Virus record (IMG/VR): IMGVR_UViG_3300025066_000003 | Coordinates: 4,336-68,335 of that record | Length of the DNA: 64,000 nucleotides | Strand: one strand, 5' to 3' | DNA from: a virus | Lineage: Duplodnaviria > Caudoviricetes | In this document: piece after piece, positions 27,569 through 37,200 of the stretch | Position numbering within the stretch: the stretch's first letter is position 1 | Layout: each line of letters begins with the position of its first letter | Made by a program: the position numbers and the translations under genes | The notes under the pieces: generated by a model | Told to the model about the DNA's origin: nothing | Database searches by the model: none | Seen by the model: only the letters and a program-made list of their open reading frames with translations

Positions 27569-27625
27569 TAGACAGCCCCGCCCGAAGGAAGGGATGTCGT
27601 TGGGATTCTCAACACGGGCGTGAAA

Positions 27626-27835
27626 TCACTTGATTTCCATTTTGTTGTGTTTGAGCACGTTCCCCACGCGGGCGAGGACTTTCTTGCGGGCGTGAGCAAG
27701 GTTTCCTGTGCCGTTTTTCAGGCGGGTAACTTGGCGTTGCAAGTTGCCGTTCAAGAACCATTTGCGATTTTGTAACTCAGGTGTGTTGAGCAGGGCTTCG
27801 CCCTGTTCGATGATTCGTGCGTCAGTCATTTTCAT
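27626..27835 (-). CDS. First early hypothetical protein
   Basis: 69-aa ORF with TAAGGAG RBS. Confidence 0.6.
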   Translation of the reverse strand: MKMTDARIIEQGEALLNTPELQNRKWFLNGNLQRQVTRLKNGTGNLAHARKKVLARVGNVLKHNKMEIK

Positions 27836-27857
27836 GTCTCCTTACACGTACGAGGGG

Positions 27858-27886
27858 AAAAAAGCAGGTTGTCACAGTGACCCTGC
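27858..27886 (-). terminator. Intrinsic terminator-like hairpin before the first early gene
   Basis: GCAGG-GTCAC-T-GTGAC-AA-CCTGC followed by six T. Confidence 0.5.
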
Positions 27887-28049
27887 ATACTACCAATGTG
27901 GATTCCGTACAGCGTCATAAGTCCTTTGATACCAAGGGTTTACGAGAGGCAATCCTGATTATTAGCCCATGAATCCCCATAGGATGCGTTATTGCCCCTG
28001 TATGACCCCTTGTTTTGGGGGACGGCGGGGGACGTGCGTTGCGCCAAGT

Positions 28050-28260
28050 ATCTAATACCCCCGTGTATATTCTCGACCCCCTAGTCGATTCCTAGGATAC
28101 CCTATAGAGTATCCATAATCCGCATACCTTAGAGATCCAAGATACACAAAGAGCTTCTCACTTTGAAATTAGGTCCTTGGACCTAAGGATACTTTGAATG
28201 TATCTACACACTTTTAATATAAAGGTGGGAAAGTATCCTTAGGATCCTAGGAACTATGTA
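28050..28260. repeat. Probable genome-end region with short CCTAGG/CCTTAG/CCTAAG-like repeats
   Basis: About eight imperfect heptamers between the last late gene and first early gene, reminiscent of T7 SRL/SRR; sharp GC change. Confidence 0.5.
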
Positions 28261-28264
28261 TACA

Positions 28265-28286
28265 CTTACTACTATACCCGTTTCTA
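28265..28286 (-). promoter_or_regulatory. Putative class A promoter after the last late gene (phiOR-like position)
   Basis: TAGAAACGGGTATAGTAGTA identical to the copy before RNAP1. Confidence 0.7.
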
Positions 28287-28292
28287 CGACAC

Positions 28293-31200
28293 TTAGACCA
28301 AATCCTCTGGTATACTACTATATGTAGGGGTCTTCAATAAAGAAGCCACAACATCTTGTGGATTTACCTGTGGAACGCTCTTTGGTTTATAGAACTCTGG
28401 CATTGGTCCCGTAGGGGTAGGAACATCTTTTCTTTGCTGTGGAAATAATGGAGTCTCTCTACTGGGCATACTTGGATGTATACGTTTATTACTAAAGTGC
28501 TCTTTATTAAGCTCTCTCATTATTCTTTCGAATTCTTTCGAATCTCCAGACTGCTCTAAAGCTTCTAGGATAGGTCTATATGCTCTCATGATTACTTCCT
28601 GATTATCAGATACCTGAGGATCAAATTCATAATCAAACATCTTATCTATTAGAACCCAATAGAATGCCTTCGTAGGAAGCATTGTATCATAAAGAACTTC
28701 GAAGAATTTACTAGCCTGTGCAGACTCACCACCACTTTCTAAATCAAAACCAGTCATAAGACGATCAATAGATCGCATATTACTGGATGCGTTATTTGCA
28801 CCCCGGGTAAGTAGATTCCCTTTAACAACATCTCGTAGAGAATCAAATAATTTAGTTACAGCCCCTAGACCCGCAGTATGTCCTACAGAAACCGGATAAT
28901 CTCTATCTCCTAGAATTTTATTAATGCCAGGTAAGAACACAGTTTCTCTAATTAAGCCATTAGTATACCCTAACCATGGAGTATTAGATCCATGTCTAAA
29001 CAACATAGCCCAAGGATTCTCCTTCCATTTCTCAGCAACCTCATCCCAGTCATCACCCCGCTGTAGTGCACGAACCTGCATATGAAATGCCTCGAATCCT
29101 GTAAGAGTTAAAATAGTAGCCAAAGCTCCTATAGTTCCCATCTCACTTGGGTTTTTCTTAAAGTATGCCATAAAGAACGAGATGGGGTAAGAAGCATAGA
29201 ATGCAAACAAGCGACCGAGTGGACTATTGTACATTCCAAACCTCACGAGACCTCTAGGCTCTGGTGAGAGATCGTGTGCATGTAGTTCTAAGAATAACGC
29301 TAGACGATCAAAGACATCTTCATATAAAGCTTTACCAGCCCCTACAGTATGCTCCATTTCAACCATACCTCGATACATGAGCCCAAGGTCAAAGGATTTT
29401 CCCTCTAGTGTAGACCCCATCCCAAGAAGATTCTTAACAACCTTACCCAACAGTATCCCATCATTATCTCCTACCAATCCTGCCCGATACCACCGAAACG
29501 CTAGAGTAGGATTAACTCCGGCTTTTCTAGCTATTCCTTTGATATACTTTACCCTCTCCCCTGGAGTAGAGGCTGTCTTTATCTTATGAATATCTAATAA
29601 TTCTCCAAATTTCATAAGACCATCTACATTTTTCATTATAGTATACTTGGCTTTTCCTACGGCTACGGCTTTGACCAAATTGATTGCCTGACGTAAACCG
29701 GAGAGTTCACTGCCTATTTTAGCTGTACCCTCTAGAAAGTTGTTTATATTCTCCATAACTTTATCCATGGTTCCTACTCGTTCACTACCCTCAAACATCT
29801 TTGACCATGCCATACGAATTCTGGTTGATACTCTAGATTCTAAATCATCTCCTATTGAAGAAAGATGTCTATGTAAACCCGAGTGTACGTAGTTATCTAA
29901 AACAAACGAAGTCCCCTCCAGGTCACTACGCTCGAGTGTATTCATATGTTTGACATTCCGAGCAGCTATTCCCATACCATTCACAAGACCACCAAGGTCT
30001 CCTGATCGAGCGAGAATAGCCATAGGAAACTCTACCAATGCTACTGCTGTTGAGATACCAGGTCCAAACATAGATTGGGCTACGTTATTAGCTGCTTTTA
30101 CCAGACTCGTTTGCTCCATCCATCCTTCGTGATAAGGTCTGCCAATCATATCATAATATGCATGCTTAGCAAGTTTTACAGCATCTACCAAACTCCTACG
30201 CTCTTCGCCTCCTATTTTCATCGTGCCTGACTTATTAATAATCTCAGTCATGTTATTTACTCTAGCTTCTATGAGATCAAAGATATCATCCCACCTAATA
30301 TTCTTTAAGTATTTTTGATCTACGCCTACCATGAGGTGTTTCATCCAATCATTAAGAACCTCTTGTGCTCTAATCTGAGCACCCATAGTTCTAGAATAAT
30401 TAGCAACAATCTTTCTAAGATCGGTTTCAAAGTTCTTTCTAAACTCAGGATACTTAACTAGAAGCTCTGCGCTAAATACTCTAGAGTGGTCTCCCATATG
30501 AGGAGACCCATCAGGATTTCTATACTTCCCTGCCATAATAGGATCAAAACCAGAACCAGTACCAGCTCGCTCTCCATTCATTCTACGAGACCATGCCCAT
30601 AAACCATCCTGTAGTGCCGTCATATTGTTTTTATATTTTTCCTTCGCCCGTCCCGTATAATGATCCGAAATACCTGTGAGAGCCTCTCCGTACTTCTCAT
30701 CAGCTGTAAGAGCATCTGTTGATCCACGGTAGTTAGGATTAATCTTTTCGGGGTCAATCCCAGCCTTCTCAAGTTTCTCTATGAGCCCTGCAGCGGAGGA
30801 TGTAGTACCTACGTCTTCTCCTACATCTGCAGTACTCATGAGTTTTCTTTTACTAGTAGAGAATACGGAAGACGTAGGGGGAGCGAATGCTCCATCCTTA
30901 TATATCTTCTTACCTAAGATCTCTTGGAGACTGTCGATAATCTGATGTTTTCTAACCTCTAGAAATTGAGCTCTCTTCATTCCTTTTTCATAAACCTTAG
31001 TTAGGTTCTTGAATTTCTTAAAGGCATTGGGTCCCACTTCCTGACCATACATCCTCATATTACGAATATCTTCCAATTCTTTATATATCTGACGTAACTC
31101 TTTCATGAGCATCATACCCACCTCAGTCTCAGCTGTTATAGCCTGAGCCTTAAGAGCCCGTATTTGGGATTCATACATGGCTACCATCTTAAGATCCCCT

Positions 31201-34200
31201 CGCTTTATCGACTGTCTCTTAAGGGTAACCATGTTGTTGTATTGTTGTCGCATAGCTTTAGTAAAGCCCTGCTTATCTCTAGCTTGTATCTTTATAGTAC
31301 TAGAGTCCGATAATCCTAGTAACTTCTTAGCTTGAGTATTCGATAGTAGTTCTTTGTTAACCACAGGACTGAAGGAGTCTCTTGGGGTATGAACATTGAT
31401 TACTATGGGTTCGTTAGCATCTACATGGTTCCTGCCTTTTTCTGTGAGCTGCCATCGTTTATTTACAGTATCAACGAATCCTTCTTTTCTTAGTTTAACA
31501 AGATGAGGATATATAGTACTCTTCCATTGAGCGTCTGTCATCTTATGCATAGCTAGGAAGTCCTTCTTACGTATAGCATCGGTATCTAACAGATCCTTTA
31601 GCTTGAACATAGTATCACCATGTGCTGCATCTGGTAACCATTTAGCTACTACAGGAACCTCGAACTGCTCGATATCCCTAGCAAGAGTTGTGTAGATATC
31701 TTTCTTGATATTCGATAGTTTACGACGGAGTACTGCTTTTTCGATCTGGAGTTTATTATACCTAGCATAGTCTCCCTTAGATATAACGAAAGCTCTCTCT
31801 CTATCAGGTCGTGCCCAACCATGTTTTACGAACCATTTGTTATCCTCTATATAAGTAAATCTTGGTTTACTTAGTTCTTCTTCAATTAACATCATACGAT
31901 TTTTCATATAGCTAATAGGATCACTACCATAGATTACAATATTATCTAAGAATCTATCATAGTCTCTTGTGTATACATCTAGGTGTGTTTTCATTTGTTG
32001 TATAACAGCTTCTCTCTCTCCTTCAGATAAAACTGAACCAAGAAGTTTTACCTCTAGTTCGTCAGCATTACTAAGATAATATTTCGAATTATCCATGAGA
32101 GACTTACCATCCATCTTAACATCTATTAGTTGTTGAGACGGTTTACCCATAAACGAGTGAGTATCTCCAGAGAATGCCTTGTCGAGCCATTTACGGAAAG
32201 TCTCTGGTGATGAATTGAGAATACGTACAGATCCCTCTACTTCTTTAAAGATAGACAAACTATCTGCATAGAAGTTCTTTAGTGCGTTGATATCAGATCT
32301 TACTGTAGCTACTGAAGCATCTGCGAACCCACGATCTCTAAGCATTTTTGCAACCTTGTCAGGACGAATTACTCCATCCTTTCTATAGATTTCACTACGA
32401 TGAGGGAATTCTTCTTCTCGTAATACTCTATCTTTCTTCACTCTAACTTCTCGTGATGACAATTCTTCTTCTACGGTTCTTTCTCTACCTCTACGAAGAA
32501 TACGTGAACCACCTTTATCTTGTTCCATAATTAAACGAACCAAAGCATATTGACGATCCTTCTCCGCCTGTTCTATAATCGTTAGTCCTGCGGTCTTACC
32601 AAAGTAAGACTTAACAATCTCGTTAAACTGTTCCCGTCCTGCTAATTCTTCTAGAGAAGCTAATGGTTTACCAAAGGTTGAACCATACTCGTAACCAAAA
32701 GGATCAGCAAATCTGTCTATAGATCCTGCCCAATCTCCACTATCTGGATCAAAGAGATCATCGTATGGACTATTGGCATGCTTTCTAGCTTCAGGATATT
32801 GTAGAAGCTTGGTAAGTCCACCCCTTCGTCTTCTGATTTCATTAGCTGCTTGGTAGATTAAAAGACCCATAGGGACTTTAGAATCTTCTCCGCCTCTGAA
32901 GCGTCTTTTCTTTGGTACACGTCTATCGAAATACTTACCCGTATCTGGATTCAACACTCTTTCGTAAGAGAATAAGTTCTTGGCTAGGTAGTCAGCATTA
33001 TGGGGAGTCATTGGATTTCCACTAGCGTTAGCGTATGCTACTATCTGTTCTACCGGAGATGTATTATACTTGTGATAAGGTAGGGTTGCCATCGTAAAGA
33101 AATCCTGAAGTATATCTTCCATCTCTTGACCAAGAAGGGACTCTGGTGCTATTGAAGTATTAGCTTCTGTGGCTATCCACCCCTTCTTCTTAGCATAGGA
33201 TAATGCTGCAACAGCGATACCTTTTAGATATTCTTCTGCTCTTTCGGGTCGTCTAGACATGAGATATATGTAGTCTCCTACTGTCCCTGTTCTTTTTCTT
33301 TCTGGAATTAAAGCATGTTCCCCTGTGCCAAAGACTTTTTGTTCAACCCTAGCTAACTCTTTGTGTAATGCTTCTGTCTCTAACTTCAGTTCAGCATTAG
33401 CTTCCTTTGCAAGCTTACCTTGTTCCCACCAATGTAACTTTGTGTCTAACAATTCCATTAGCGTAGCACCCTTAGAGAAATCTGTAAGATCGTAGTTCTC
33501 ATCTCTGAGAGTCTTAATATAATTCAACCTCTCTCTATCTAACATTAGGCGATCCATACGATCCTCTAATGTATTTAAGGGTATTAACTTAGTTTGTCTT
33601 TTAATATTCTTATCAAGCTTATTCTGGATGTGAGTAATGACTTCATCTGCCTTAGGATCCATGAATTTTCTTGTTCCATGTATCTTAAGTATTCTGTCCT
33701 CAAGTTTAGCTACAGCTAAACTCATTTCATCCTGAAGAGCTGAGATCGAGGTTACCGCTTGGTCAGCGATATCCATACTAGCTTCAAGTTTGTTAATACC
33801 TCCAGATAATGCTCTCTCTTCACCTAAAGCTTTATTATATTTAGGTGAGTCCTTTTTGTATTTTTTCTTTCTTTTGATAACATCAGAACGAACTTCCTTT
33901 AGATCTACTATACTCTGTTTGATGTCTTCAGGACTCATTCCTCTATATGCAGACGGTAGGGACTCTTCGAAATCTAACCTATCTCCCTTAATTCTTAGGG
34001 CTAAGTCTGATTCATCAAGGGCAAGCATATCATCTACTTTATCTAAAATCTCCTTCTCAAGTTTCTCTACATCTTTATCATACCCACCAAACTCTCTCTT
34101 TATTTTAGCCTCTGCAAGGTCAGTACGAAGAATCATCTCCTTAACCAACAAGTCTGAATGTTCCTTCATAACTTCCGGAGGAAGTTCTCTAAGTGCTCCA

Positions 34201-37200
34201 ATTCTTTCTTCTACTTCAGAGATTGCTGCGGATACTTTATTTAGATCAGAAGTAATCCTAGCATCTACATTATCTAGATATTCTAAGCGTTTAACTTCCG
34301 CCATCTTAGAAGCAATATACTTCCTATCTTTAAGTTGATCTGATGTTGATTCGGGGAAATATTTTTGTACCCTCTGGGATTGTGTAACATGTTTTGCATT
34401 CTTCTTAGAGCTTTCATCTAACACCTTACCCACCTGTGTATCAGAAGCCATATGGCTAGCCATTTCCTCTGGTGTGATAGGGTCAACTACCTTAGGTTGT
34501 TTGATCTCTACTGTTGGTTTAGGAGGACCTACGAAATCTGAGGCTTCTCTATGAAGCCCAGTACCGTGTGCGTCTGCAAAAGAATTTTCCCATTTACTTA
34601 CAGAAGCTCTGAAGATATCATCAGAGATATCATCTGCTGGATCCCATAGCTTCAGTCCTGGAAATTCTTCTTCTATAGCATTAGTCATTGCTATTCGATT
34701 GTTAACTGAAGCTTCTCCGCTAGAAATTCTAGCTAGGTTATCATTTATGAATCCTTGTTTTATCTCGTGTATCTTATGTAGGATATCAGTAGAAGTAGCA
34801 GCCAATGTATCCCACTCTTCTCTTCGGATCAACCCTAGTTGTTCGGTTGTGAGACGAGATTCATACTTGGATTTTACTTTATTTACTGCTGCTGTATAAA
34901 CCTCAAGATCTTCACCTTGGAGAGGTTTAAGTAGCGAGGCTACTCCGTCGTCGTCTAAAGAGATTACACCACGCTCAACCAATATAGATGACTCAGGAAG
35001 AAGATCTTCAAGATCGTAGATCCGTTTGTTTATTAGGTCTACTGCTTCTTTAACTCTATCTGGTGTTCCTATAGCTTTTAGTAGTTCTGATTTAGCTGGC
35101 TTGGGGTTAGTCTCATTGAGCCATGTAACAACATTTCTTCTGTTAACTTTAGATGCATCTTGGATTGTCTTTTGTAAATAAGCTGGGATAAACGTAGAGA
35201 TATCTATATCGTTTTGCATTGCTAAGGAAAAGAGTTCTCTCATAGATTGACTGGTCGTGAGATGTTCTGTTAAGTCTGAGGATGTAATCCCACTGTTTCT
35301 CAATGCTCTTTTAGTTATGCCTATTTCTATAGGACTAAGCGTAGTTCCAGAGAGAGCCTCCACTAGAGTCATAAGGTCGTGTGCACCAAGCATATCATAG
35401 TCTTCTGCGTTGTACAAACTATTGTATCGTAAGTACTTAGCTGCTCCATCGAACTCATCAGGTGTAAGGTTTCTTCCTACAGTCTGTAGTTCATGGCTTG
35501 GGATTAGGTCATCTATTCCTTCTACCTTGACCATAGTGTGCGTATACTCCTCAGGTTTTGCCTTTTTTAATTCTCTAGTGGCATCTTCCATTGCATACCG
35601 TCTGGCTTCATCCTTTGTCAAGGCACCGATTTCTACTTCCCCTTGGTATTTATCCTTATAAATCTCATTAGCTCTTAGAACTCTTGTTGCATCAAGGTCT
35701 TCTGTTGATGTCTTTATAACAATCTTTTCGATAACTAATGGCTCAGTAAATCTAGGCTCTCCTGACACAGGAGTATGTACTACCTTCTGTCCCTTTTCAA
35801 CCACTCCAATAGAATCTGCGAGATCTTTCATATACCCCACTGCAGGAATATCTTGTGCACCTACGATATCTGTGACAACTACTCTAGCTTCTTTAAGAAT
35901 CTTAGTACCTCGCCGAACCTCTGGATGATTCACTGCAATAACTACAGGATCTTTTGTTAGAGCACCAGGTTTTGGATCTGAGTGCCACTTGTCTACAATC
36001 CATGTTACGTCTTTAGTGTAGGGTTGGCTCATTGGATCAACAATAGTTATACCATATTCTTTTTCAAGATGTTGTAAATGTTCTTTAAGATATAAAGAAT
36101 GTTCAACAGATGATTCTGGATTAAATCGTTTGAATTCAGAGATTTGTCTCTGTAATGTATAAAGTTCTTTTGCTGCTTTAGGTAGATTATTTTCTCCAAG
36201 AGCTACTAAGTATCTGCCTTTGGAGCCTTTGTAATAAGACTCTACAGTTTCTGGAGATACTTTATTAATATCTAATCTCTTCTTTTCGAGTGTGGCTGTA
36301 AGATTGTCTAATCGGTTCGGGTGTACGTCAAGACCTTGTGCTATTCTATTTCTATCTGCAAGACCTTGCCATGCTCTCAAGTCTTCTCTAGATAGTTTGG
36401 TTAGTAGTTTCTCTATCTCTTGAACTGGGAGACCTACATTAAAGAAAGAATCTTCTGGAATACTATGGATTCCTAGTATGTTTCCTCCTTCATCTTTAGC
36501 TAGATTGAGAAGACCCAATGCTTCTAGTTCAACCCACGCTACTGTTTTATCTAGCCATAGTTCTTTGGCTTGGATTTCCCATGCTTCTCTACCGATTCGT
36601 AAGATTTCTGAATCTGGAAGTGTATCAACAAACATCATTGATATGTATCTATCAGAATCCATTGCTTTTTTAAGGAGTTGTACTTCCACACCCCTCTCTA
36701 AGTTAGATCCAAAAAAGGTTTGTACTGCTTTCGAGATATCCTCCGCATGCTTAAGAGCAGATACAGTATCTCTAAAGTTAAATCCAGCCCTTGAAAAGTC
36801 TTCTGCTGTGATAGCCTCACCTGCTAGTCGTTTTGCTGAAACTATGTCTTGAATAACATTAGTTGAAACAACACCTAGCTCCGTCTCAGCCCTATTTACA
36901 GCAGTAACTACATGACCACCGTCTCTAAATGCTTGTCGCTGTGCAGACCATACAGACCTCATACGACCAAACAAAGCTATATCATCTGCTAAAGCCTCGT
37001 GGCTACTATCAATCATTCGAGCAAGTAGACGTATCTCATGAGCTATACTATACACCATACTAGAGTAACCAGAGCCAAGAGTTGCAATCTTAGTAAGACC
37101 CTTACCTGGTCCACTTCTCATAACCCTATCAAACCATGCTCCACTTTTTGCATGATCACCTTGCGGAGACTCTGCTCCTAGTTTTTTTACCAAGAGATTT

